Position numbers and translations under genes: made by a program. The notes beneath the pieces are model-generated. The model made no database searches, was not told where the DNA came from, and was given only the letters and a program-made list of their open reading frames with translations. Below, piece by piece: positions 28,308 to 36,743 of a stretch of DNA of 64,000 bases (position 1 is the stretch's first letter; the number at the start of each line of letters is the position of its first letter). The stretch is from Candidatus Sumerlaeia bacterium. Lineage in GTDB: Bacteria; Sumerlaeota; Sumerlaeia; SLMS01; JANRJK01. The stretch lies in NCBI GenBank assembly GCA_033764015.1, contig JANRJK010000008.1, positions 34,685 to 98,684 of the forward strand, in the 5' to 3' direction.

Positions 28308-29822
28308 GTGAACCAGTCCGAAGAAGTCCTGCTCGACCTCGCGCGGAACTACCGGTTCCTCACCCCCGCGCAGGCGCTCGAAGTCCGCGGCGAAGCGGAT
28401 GCCACCGGCGCCTACCTCGCCGACCTGCTGCTTGGCAGGATGCTGCTGACCCAGAAGCAGCTCAAGAAGCTCCAGAACGAAGTGCAGATGTACACCGGGA
28501 GCGCCGCGCCTTCCACGGAAGTGGAAGAGGCGCCGCCGGAGCCCGCGCCCGCCCCGGTGACCCAAGCGGCGCCGGCGGCCGCCCCCGCCGCGGCGAAGCA
28601 ACCCGCCGCGGCCGCAGCCCCCAAGCAGGGCGCCTCTCAGCCGCAGCAACAGCCCGCCCAGCAGCAAGCGGCCCCCGCGCAGCAGCAGGCCCCGGCTCCC
28701 GCACCCGAACCGAAGGCGGCGCCGGTATCGATCATCGAGCAGTACCGGCACTTCCCTCCCGCGCCGGACCTGCTGCAGCTCCTGCGCATCGCGCGCGCCT
28801 GGGAGGCGTCGGACCTGCACCTCTCCGTGGGGAAGCCACCGTTCGTGCGCCTCGCAGGGCAGCTCTTCTACATGGAGTACGCGCCGATTTCGCCGGAGCG
28901 CTCGGAGCAGCTCAATTTCTCGGCACTCACCAAGGTTCAGGCCGAACTACTGCGCGAGAAGCTGTCGCTCGACTTCGCGCTCCAGATCCCCGCCGACGGT
29001 CGGTATCGCTGCAACATCTTCCACCAGCGGCTGGGCTGGGACGGATCGTACCGCGTGGTGCGGTCCTCCGTGCCTTCGGCGGAGGAGCTTGGGCTGCCCC
29101 CGGTGTGCCGCACGCTCACGGAGTACCATCAGGGGATGGTGCTGGTGACGGGGCCGACGAACAGCGGGAAGACGACGACGCTCGCGGCCATGGTGGATAT
29201 GGTGAACGCGGACCGAGACGACCACATCATCACCGTTGAGGACCCGATCGAGTACGTCCACGCGCGCAAGCGCTGCCAAGTGACGCAGCGCGAGGTCGGG
29301 CGACACACGGATAGCTTCGGCAAGGCGCTGCGCGCGGCGCTTCGCGAAGACCCGGACATCATCATGATCGGCGAACTGCGCGACCGCGAGACGGTATCGA
29401 TCTCGATCTCCGCGGCGGAAACCGGCCACTTGGTGTTCGGCTCCCTGCACACCAGCTCCGCCGCGCGCACCGTGAGCCGCATCCTCGACGTGTTCCCGCC
29501 GACGCAGCAGACGCAGATCTGCACCATGATCTCGGAGTCGATCCGCGGAATCCTCTCGCAGCAGCTCGTGCCGAAGCGCGACGGCAGCGGCGTGGCGCTC
29601 GCGCTCGAGATCCTGATTTTCACGAGCGGCGTCGCCCAACTCGTCCGCGAGGGAAAGACCTACCAGCTCCAGAACCAGATCCAGTCGGGCAAGAAGCTGG
29701 GCATGTGCCTGATGGACGATTCGTTGATGGAGTTGTACCAGGCGGGCGTCATCAGCGGCCCCGAGGCGTACTCGCGCTCGGACAACAAGAACGCCTTCGA
29801 GCTGATCAAGAACGACGTCTGA
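28308..29822 (+). CDS. pilT: PilT/PilU family type IV pilus retraction ATPase with N-terminal extension
   Basis: ASDLHL, GPTNSGKTTTL, TVEDPIE, ALREDPD...GELRD, AAETGHLVFGSLH. GTG start after a GGAG RBS; Ala/Pro/Gln linker. Confidence 0.9.
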   Translation: MNQSEEVLLDLARNYRFLTPAQALEVRGEADATGAYLADLLLGRMLLTQKQLKKLQNEVQMYTGSAAPSTEVEEAPPEPAPAPVTQAAPAAAPAAAKQPAAAAAPKQGASQPQQQPAQQQAAPAQQQAPAPAPEPKAAPVSIIEQYRHFPPAPDLLQLLRIARAWEASDLHLSVGKPPFVRLAGQLFYMEYAPISPERSEQLNFSALTKVQAELLREKLSLDFALQIPADGRYRCNIFHQRLGWDGSYRVVRSSVPSAEELGLPPVCRTLTEYHQGMVLVTGPTNSGKTTTLAAMVDMVNADRDDHIITVEDPIEYVHARKRCQVTQREVGRHTDSFGKALRAALREDPDIIMIGELRDRETVSISISAAETGHLVFGSLHTSSAARTVSRILDVFPPTQQTQICTMISESIRGILSQQLVPKRDGSGVALALEILIFTSGVAQLVREGKTYQLQNQIQSGKKLGMCLMDDSLMELYQAGVISGPEAYSRSDNKNAFELIKNDV

Positions 29823-29847
29823 TGGGCGCTGGTCCGCGCCCGGTAGC

Positions 29848-31461
29848 GTGAGCGAGCCCGACACCACCCCACGGCACCGCGCCGAAGCCGTCGGCCTGTT
29901 CGGCGTCCTTGCGTTGGCGGCGGTGCTGCGCCTCCAGAACCTCGGGACCAACCCACCCGGCCTTTTCCGCGACGAACTCGAGAAGGGCTACACCGCGCTC
30001 GAGTTGTGGCGCACGGGTCGGCACGGCTACTTCGACGGGGCGGAGATCGTGCAGTCGGGGCCGATGCCCGCCTTCATTAACGTGTTCGGCGACCAGACCT
30101 CCGCGATTTACCAGTACCTCTCGGCGCCGATCGTTGGGATCTTCGGGCTCGACGGGACGACGGTGCGGCTGGCGGCCGCGCTTTGCGGCATCGCGACGGT
30201 GCTGGCGGTGTGGGCGCTGGCGCGGCGGTGGCATGGTCCGGTTGTCGGGGTGTTCGCGGCGGGACTGGTGGCGACCATGCCGCAGGCGGTCGTCTTCAGC
30301 CGCTGGGCGCAGCAGGGAGTCACCGTGCCGTTTTTCGCCGCGCTCGGGGTCGCGGCGTTTTGGAGCTGCTTCCACGGGGCGTCGCGCCACCGGACCGGCC
30401 TTGCGGTGCTGTCGGGGTTCCTGCTCGGGGTGGCGTTCTACGCCTACGACCCGGCGCGGGTCGGAGTGCCACTGATTGTGCTCGCGCTTGCGGCGGGGCT
30501 GGGGAGGGCGGGGCTCACGGAGCATCGCCGCCATGCTGCCCTTTGGGCCGGGACGTTCTTCGCAGTCGCCTTGCCGGTGTTCTTGTATGCGATAGGGGAC
30601 GACGGATCTTACCGTTTCCGACGCGTCAGCGTGTTCGCCGATGGCCTCGGACCCGGTATCGCGACCGCGGCGTCGCAGTACCTGGAGCACTTCCACCCCC
30701 GGTTCCTGTTCTTTGGCGGCGACACGAATCCACGCCATCAGCTCGTCGCGCCGGGGATCGGCATCATGGCGAGCACTTTCGCAGTGCTCCTGCTCGCTTC
30801 CGGCTACGGGGTATGGCAACGGTTCCGATCGGGCCAAGCGACCCGGGAGGACCTCGCGCGCTGGCTGCTTCTGGGGGCGTGGCTGCTGGGCGCGCCGCTG
30901 GCCGCGGCGTTCACCACGGGAGGCATTCCGCATGCGCTCCGGTCGATCCTGTTCGTCCCCGCCTGGTGCCTGCTCGCAGCGGAGGGGCCCTCCTGGTTCG
31001 GGCTCGCGGACAAGCGGCGGGTCCCGCGAGGGACGGCGCTGCTGGCGGCGGTGGTGGTCGTGAACTTCGCCTTCGCGTGGCTCGGGGTCCGGAACTTCGC
31101 CACGCACCGGCCCGATGCCTGGCAGGCGGATGTGATCCCGTCGTTGCGCGGAGCCCTCGCCGCCGACCCGACGCGCCCCGTTTTCATCTCCGCCGCGGTC
31201 CCCTACGCGCCGTACTTCGCGCTCTTCGTCGAGCAGCCCGATCCCGCGCGCTTCCAGGAACTTGGCCTCGCGGCGCTGCGAACGCGGATCGCGCCGCCGG
31301 GGGCCGCCGCCGCTTCGCTGCCGGAGGGGGCGCTGCTGGTGCTGCCCGAACCCGCGCACTCCGCGTGGGCGGAGACCGAACCGCCGACGATCACTCTCGA
31401 GCGGGCGACCCGTGACGGGCGCCCCGTGTTCCAGCCCTTCGGCGGCGGCTCGCGCCCATAG
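29848..31461 (+). CDS. ArnT/PMT-like (GT83/GT39, GT-C fold) glycosyltransferase
   Basis: LR..NL...PPGLFRDE..GY.A, VRLAAAL.G, FSR, P.FLFFGGD.NPRH, PHALRS; many TMs. Confidence 0.82.
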   Translation: MSEPDTTPRHRAEAVGLFGVLALAAVLRLQNLGTNPPGLFRDELEKGYTALELWRTGRHGYFDGAEIVQSGPMPAFINVFGDQTSAIYQYLSAPIVGIFGLDGTTVRLAAALCGIATVLAVWALARRWHGPVVGVFAAGLVATMPQAVVFSRWAQQGVTVPFFAALGVAAFWSCFHGASRHRTGLAVLSGFLLGVAFYAYDPARVGVPLIVLALAAGLGRAGLTEHRRHAALWAGTFFAVALPVFLYAIGDDGSYRFRRVSVFADGLGPGIATAASQYLEHFHPRFLFFGGDTNPRHQLVAPGIGIMASTFAVLLLASGYGVWQRFRSGQATREDLARWLLLGAWLLGAPLAAAFTTGGIPHALRSILFVPAWCLLAAEGPSWFGLADKRRVPRGTALLAAVVVVNFAFAWLGVRNFATHRPDAWQADVIPSLRGALAADPTRPVFISAAVPYAPYFALFVEQPDPARFQELGLAALRTRIAPPGAAAASLPEGALLVLPEPAHSAWAETEPPTITLERATRDGRPVFQPFGGGSRP

Positions 31462-31568
31462 CGGGCGGCGCCCGGCCCAAATGCGCGTTGCCTTACCGGA
31501 GCCGGCTACGTTGGCTCTCTCCTGCGGCTTCAGTCCGCCACCGATCCCCCTAAAGGGAGCCCGCCCCT

Positions 31569-32174
31569 ATGAACGTCTTCCGCATTGTGGCCGAGCAGCT
31601 CCGCCAAGGGCCGGTCTCCTTTCCCGTGAAGGAGACGCCGAAGGCCTTCGGGATCGAGGACGAGGAAATGGTGCGCTTCGAGGATCCGATCGTCGGCGAG
31701 CTCACCGCCATGATCGCCTCGCAAACGGTGATCATCCGGGGGGAGCTACGGACCTTTGTCACGGCGGCGTGCTCGCGGTGCCTCGACCCGGTCCGGGTAC
31801 CTGTGCGCGCGAAGGTCGAACTTAGCTACATCCACGATCCCCGGATGCTGCAGTTGGATCGATATCCGGAGCTGTTCGGCGAGGACACCGCGTACTTCGA
31901 CGGCGAAGTCGTCGCCCCCGCGCCGGAGCTGCGCGAGGTGCTGCTGCTGGAGATGCCGCCGTTTCCCGCCTGCGAGCTCGAGCCCGACGAGACGTGCCCC
32001 GTGACCGGGCGGGACATGTCGAAGCGGACCTTCGGCGACACGCAGAAGCCCGCCAAGAAGCCCGCGCCGGAACCCGCGAAGCCCGCGGACCGGAACACCT
32101 GGAAGAACCAGATCCAGGCGCTGCGCGACCAGCTCGCCGAGCAGCCGCGCGAGAACCAGCCCGACAAGCCCTGA
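31569..32174 (+). CDS. yceD: YceD/DUF177 family protein
   Basis: CSRCL, LREVLLLEMP, C-x7-CPVTG, C-terminal W...L. Confidence 0.85.
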   Translation: MNVFRIVAEQLRQGPVSFPVKETPKAFGIEDEEMVRFEDPIVGELTAMIASQTVIIRGELRTFVTAACSRCLDPVRVPVRAKVELSYIHDPRMLQLDRYPELFGEDTAYFDGEVVAPAPELREVLLLEMPPFPACELEPDETCPVTGRDMSKRTFGDTQKPAKKPAPEPAKPADRNTWKNQIQALRDQLAEQPRENQPDKP

Positions 32175-32183
32175 TCCGCCGCC

Positions 32184-33347
32184 ATGGGCCGCTCGCCGGA
32201 CGCGTGGCGCTTCACGCACCTCGCCTCGCTTTGGATCCTGGCGGTGCTCACCACGGTCCTGTGCCTTGCGGGCGACTCGCCAAGATGGATCCTCCAAGCG
32301 GCCGTGTGGTCCGGGCTCTTCGCGTTGGCGCTTTCCGTTTCCGCGCGGTACCATGTCCTGCTCGGCGAGCTGTTCGCCCAGTTCACCTACCGCGAGCGCT
32401 TCGGCGCGTTTCTGCTCCACTGCTTCTTCCTGATCGTGCCGCTGCTGTTCTTCCGCGTGCGCGGTTGGTTCCATGCGTTCCTCGCGGTGCTGCTGCTCGT
32501 CGCGCTGCATGTGGTCGGCCCGCGGCATGGCGGGCGGTTCATCGGGTTGTGCGCGGGGCTGGCGCTCGCGGCGCTGATGCCCCCGGCGTCGCCGCTCGAG
32601 TGGCTGGTGTTCCCTTGGCTCGCGGCCGCGCTGTTCGCGGCGCGGGCGCAGCACGTGAGGTTCCTGCTGGAGGACCACGACGAGCAGTTCGGCCCTCCGC
32701 TACTCGGCGCGTGGCGCGAGCTGGCGGTGGCGTTGCTGCTCCCGGTCGCCGTCGGCGCGGCGGTCTACGCCGTCGGGCGCGACTATCTCGTGCCACGCGC
32801 CTTGGCCTTCGACGCGCCCTCCCCCGCCGTGCGGCGCACGCCGGGCCAGTCCTGGTTTTCGATGAACGAAGCGCTCTTCGACGGCGTGGTCCTGTTGGCG
32901 CTCGTGCTCGGGCTGCTGGTGCTGGTGAACTGGATGGACAAGTGGCTGCGTTCGCGCCGCAAGGCCGGGGGCGACGTCGTGACCCTGGGAGGCGCCTTCC
33001 GGCAATCGATCCCGGATGGCTCCGCGGCGGGCGCCGCGGCCGTGGTTGATCCCGGCGCGGGGGACCGTGCGCGCATCCTCCGGGCGTTCGCCAATTTCAC
33101 ACGCGCGATGCGGCCCTTCGGCGACAGCCGCCGCGACGCCGAAACCGCGGCCGAGTACCTCGACCGCATCCACGTTCCCGGGCCAGAGGCGGACGCCTTC
33201 GACCGAGCCTGCTACTCGAACTCCGAAATCGCCCCGTTCGACGCGGATTCCTTCGAGCGCGCGGTCGCCGCTGAATTGGAGTCCACGCGGGCGCGCGATG
33301 CGGAGCGGCGGGCCGCGCTCAAGGAGCGCCCGCGAAACACCGCCTAG
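32184..33347 (+). CDS. Membrane protein with DUF4129-like C-terminal domain
   Basis: About 8 TMs, then R.RI...F...G..R...ETAAEYL...F.RACYS, typical of DUF4129. Confidence 0.7.
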   Translation: MGRSPDAWRFTHLASLWILAVLTTVLCLAGDSPRWILQAAVWSGLFALALSVSARYHVLLGELFAQFTYRERFGAFLLHCFFLIVPLLFFRVRGWFHAFLAVLLLVALHVVGPRHGGRFIGLCAGLALAALMPPASPLEWLVFPWLAAALFAARAQHVRFLLEDHDEQFGPPLLGAWRELAVALLLPVAVGAAVYAVGRDYLVPRALAFDAPSPAVRRTPGQSWFSMNEALFDGVVLLALVLGLLVLVNWMDKWLRSRRKAGGDVVTLGGAFRQSIPDGSAAGAAAVVDPGAGDRARILRAFANFTRAMRPFGDSRRDAETAAEYLDRIHVPGPEADAFDRACYSNSEIAPFDADSFERAVAAELESTRARDAERRAALKERPRNTA

Positions 33348-33396
33348 CGCGGCAACGGCCCCTTGACAACAAGCGGCGACTCCGGAGGCTTGGATC

Positions 33397-35388
33397 ATGA
33401 CGGAAAAGACGCTCGTTGCCTCAGCGCCGGACGGAGAGCACTTCGCCTACCGCGAAGACTATCTGCTGTTCGGCATGCTAGTGCGCCACGGCTTGTGCAA
33501 GCCGTCCGACTACACCACGCTGGTCGCCGCGCAATCGCAGCAGCCCGGCAGGCCGACGCTCCTCGTACTCCTAGCCGACGCGAACAAGTTGCCGGAGAAG
33601 GCGCGCAAGGACATGCAGGATCTGCTGGACGTGCTCGCGGAGCCGAAGCTGCGCAAGCTGCTTCCCAGCGAACTGCCCCCGGTCGAGACGGTACTCGCGA
33701 AGACGTTGGCGGATCCGGAGGCGACCGAGGTCGCCGGAGCCGAAGCGGACGCGCCCACGATCGGCGGCGGCCCGGTATCTGTGGGTTCCACGCAGCGCAC
33801 GACCGGCATCACCCGCCTGAGCGCGACGCTCTCCGCGACACACCTCACGCAGGATGAGCTCACGCGGCTCGAGTCCGCGAAAAAGAAGAGCGCGCTTGTC
33901 GGTGGCGTCCTCGCAGGGCACATCGTCCTCGACAAGATCGGTGGCGGCGGCCAGGGCGACGTTTACCTAGCCAAGCAGGTTTCGCTGAACCGCTATGTGG
34001 CGCTGAAGAAGCTCGAGGTGCCGGTGCCTGCGCTGGCACAGCGCTTCATCGAGGGCTTCCGCGCGGAAGCGCAGACCCTCGCGGCGTTGAACCACGCCAG
34101 CATCGTGAAGGTGTTCGACATCTTCGAAGAGGGCGACGGCGCCTACTTCACGATGGAGCACATCAACGGCCGCACGATCCGGGAGCTGGTGAAGGACGGC
34201 GGCGCGATGCCGGTCGAGGTGGTCGCGAACCTCGCCTGCCAGGCGTGCAATGCGCTCGCGCTCACCGCCGAGCAGGGCCTCGTGCACCGGGACATCAAGC
34301 CCGCCAACATGATGCTGGACCAGAACGGCGACCTGAAGATCGTGGACTTCGGCCTCGCGAGCGCCTCCGCGTCGCTGATCGTCGGCGAGAAGCGCTTCTC
34401 CGGCACGCCGGCCTACGCCTCGCCGGAGCAGGCCGCGCTGCAGGACCTCGGCCCCGCGAGCGACCAGTACGCGCTCGGACTGACGCTCTACTACGCGCTC
34501 ACCGGCGAGCAGACGTTCAGCGGGACGACGGTCACCGACCTCCTCTTCAAGCAAATGAACGAGGCGCCGGTCGCGCCTTCGAAGCGCAACGAGTCGCTGC
34601 CCGCCGCAATCGACCGCGTGCTGCTCAAGATGCTCGCGAAGAAGCCGGAGGACCGGTACAAGGATTTCGACGCGTGCTACGAGGCGTGGGCGGATGTGCT
34701 GCGCTCCGCCGGCCCCGCGAAGTCGACCGTTGCGACGAAGCAGCTCATGGGCGCCAGCCTGCTCCGGCTGGGAAGGGCGGAGGCGGCGGGACTTTGGAAG
34801 CAGGGCATCGCCTTGGCCATGCTGTGGTTCGTGTTCGCAATCGGGGCGGGATTCGCCGACCTGCGCTTGAGCCGCACGGACTGGGGACTCGTGCTGATGG
34901 ACGCCTGCGGCGACTGGGGCACCTGGCTCCTGGTCTTCTCACTGAGCTGCATCGCCTACGTCGCCGCCGTGCGCCGCCAGTGGCTGCGCCCGGTGCTCAA
35001 CGTGCGCGCGGTGCTCATCACGCACATCTCCACGGCGGTGCCCGCGGTGGCCATGCTGCTGCTGCACTCGGGGCACTTCGTGAGGGGACTTCTGACCGGC
35101 GGCCCCGCGTCGTCACCGCTGCTGACGGCGCTGCTCGGTGTGGCGATGCTGGCAACGGCGGTGAGCGGCACGGCGGGGCTGGTGATCTTCCGCTCGCTGA
35201 GGCGCCAGTTGCAGCTCCAAGAGCTGAATCTGCGCGGCGCGAAGCTGGATCCCGCGGAGGCGATGCGACTCGCCCTCGGGGCGGAACTGCTTTCCGGCTG
35301 GCGCCTGGTCCACTACCCGCTCGCGGTGTTCATGGTCGCGTTGTCGATCCTCCATATCTACGTCAGCCTGCGCTTGTCGGGGAACTGA
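33397..35388 (+). CDS. Hanks-type Ser/Thr protein kinase fused to a C-terminal di-heme cytochrome-b/ferric-reductase-like membrane domain
   Basis: IGGGGQGDVY, VALKK, HRDIKPAN, DFGL, GTPAYASPEQ, SDQYALG. C-terminal TMs carry H-x13-H twice. GGAGG RBS. Confidence 0.9.
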   Translation: MTEKTLVASAPDGEHFAYREDYLLFGMLVRHGLCKPSDYTTLVAAQSQQPGRPTLLVLLADANKLPEKARKDMQDLLDVLAEPKLRKLLPSELPPVETVLAKTLADPEATEVAGAEADAPTIGGGPVSVGSTQRTTGITRLSATLSATHLTQDELTRLESAKKKSALVGGVLAGHIVLDKIGGGGQGDVYLAKQVSLNRYVALKKLEVPVPALAQRFIEGFRAEAQTLAALNHASIVKVFDIFEEGDGAYFTMEHINGRTIRELVKDGGAMPVEVVANLACQACNALALTAEQGLVHRDIKPANMMLDQNGDLKIVDFGLASASASLIVGEKRFSGTPAYASPEQAALQDLGPASDQYALGLTLYYALTGEQTFSGTTVTDLLFKQMNEAPVAPSKRNESLPAAIDRVLLKMLAKKPEDRYKDFDACYEAWADVLRSAGPAKSTVATKQLMGASLLRLGRAEAAGLWKQGIALAMLWFVFAIGAGFADLRLSRTDWGLVLMDACGDWGTWLLVFSLSCIAYVAAVRRQWLRPVLNVRAVLITHISTAVPAVAMLLLHSGHFVRGLLTGGPASSPLLTALLGVAMLATAVSGTAGLVIFRSLRRQLQLQELNLRGAKLDPAEAMRLALGAELLSGWRLVHYPLAVFMVALSILHIYVSLRLSGN

Positions 35389-35391
35389 GCC

Positions 35392-35946
35392 ATGGCCGCT
35401 CGAGAGAAACAAGTCAACCGCCAGCTCAGCTACGGAGCATCCTTCGTCGCGTTGGCGACGACGGCCGCGCTCTGGTGGGTGGGTTCGACGCCGCAGAATG
35501 TGGACCGCGTCCTCGGGCGCATGACGCTTTCGCCTCACGGCTTCGGTTACGAAGTGAAGGTGCGGTGCTACGCCTGCCACGTCCCCGAGCAAGGCAACCC
35601 GCGCTCCTTCGGCACGTCGATGAACTGCACCACGAGCGGATGCCACGGGGAGCTGTCGGCGCCCGCGCCGACGGATCCCGAGGAAATCCGCCTCAAGTTC
35701 CGCAGCTTCGCGGGGTTGGAGAAGCCGACGCCGGCGATCGAGGCGCTGCAGAAGATGCACCGCGAGGTGGCTACCGAGACTTGCTGGTCGTGCCACACCG
35801 AGCATAAGCGCCGCGAGGTTCGCTGGCCGACCGGCTGGACGCACGAGCGCATCGTCGGAGGGGACCCGGCGCACACGCGCACCGAGCGCTCCCTCCTCGA
35901 TGGCGCCGCGGCATCAGGGGAAGCTCTGGCCGCCGGGGAGACGTAG
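35392..35946 (+). CDS. Membrane-anchored triheme c-type cytochrome (cytochrome c3-like)
   Basis: N-terminal TM; CYACH, CTTSGCH (CX4CH), CWSCHTEH; extra His residues (SPHG, KMHR) as candidate distal ligands; 3 nt after the kinase stop. Confidence 0.85.
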   Translation: MAAREKQVNRQLSYGASFVALATTAALWWVGSTPQNVDRVLGRMTLSPHGFGYEVKVRCYACHVPEQGNPRSFGTSMNCTTSGCHGELSAPAPTDPEEIRLKFRSFAGLEKPTPAIEALQKMHREVATETCWSCHTEHKRREVRWPTGWTHERIVGGDPAHTRTERSLLDGAAASGEALAAGET

Positions 35947-36612
35947 GATGTTGCCCGGCGATACGGTCCCGTTGGTGGGATCGTACCGGTTGTTCAGATT
36001 CCAGCGCGAACGCGACACAATGTTGCCCGTGGAGTTGTCCACGAGCAGCGGCGTCAGGTCGGGGCCGATGCTGTAAAGGATGTACGCGGCGGGGGTCTGG
36101 CGCGGATCGCGGACCTGGGTGTCGGCGCCGGTGCCGACCAGCGACTGGTTGCCGACGGCGTCGGCGGGAACGAACGAGTGCTTGTCGACGAGCTGATTGC
36201 CGTCCGTGTAGCCGAAGCCCGCGCGCTCATAATAGAGCGGAGCGTCGACGAAGTTCGGCAGCCCCGTCGCCGGGTCGGTGTCGGAGTGCTTGAAGGCGTC
36301 GTTTGGTAGAGTGGTGATGTAGGCCACGGGGCTGGTGAGGCCGCCGGGGCGCGCCGTGGCATTGCTGCGGGGGAAGCCGCCGGCGGGGAGCCAAATCGTC
36401 GGGCCGATCGACTCGGTGTAGGGGTAGGTGTTGTTGTCCACCGCGTAGGACTCGAGCGCGAGCTGGACCGCGCGCAGGTCAGCCTTCGCGCGCGACACCT
36501 TGCTCCGGGTCTGCGCCTCAAGGAAGTTGGGGACCGCGATCGCGGCGAGAATCGCGATGATCGCCACGACGATCAGCAACTCTATCAGGGTGAAGGCTCG
36601 TTGGTTGCTCAT
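35914..36612 (-). CDS. Prepilin-type N-terminal cleavage/methylation domain protein (GspG-like pseudopilin)
   Basis: RA-FTLIELLIVVAIIAILAAIAVPNFLEAQTRSKVSR, LESY.VDN..YP, LTSPVAYI, YSIGPD, YDPTNGTVS.GNI. Confidence 0.92.
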   Translation of the reverse strand: MSNQRAFTLIELLIVVAIIAILAAIAVPNFLEAQTRSKVSRAKADLRAVQLALESYAVDNNTYPYTESIGPTIWLPAGGFPRSNATARPGGLTSPVAYITTLPNDAFKHSDTDPATGLPNFVDAPLYYERAGFGYTDGNQLVDKHSFVPADAVGNQSLVGTGADTQVRDPRQTPAAYILYSIGPDLTPLLVDNSTGNIVSRSRWNLNNRYDPTNGTVSPGNILRLPGGQSFP

Positions 36613-36743
36613 AGGTGGGTGGGGGCTTTGTTGGAATGTAACCGATGTTGCACCTCGATCCTCAGAAGCGCAATGGGTAATTTTCTACCGTCCTTCCGAA
36701 TTCTTCACAGTCCGCTGTCGACAGTCAGGCGTTGTTTCACCGG

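Noticed and set aside
33363..33390. Sigma-70 promoter (perfect TTGACA) before the kinase
   Set aside because: No convincing -10 hexamer at 16-18 nt; the candidate GAGGCT overlaps the GGAGG RBS, so it cannot be supported from sequence alone.
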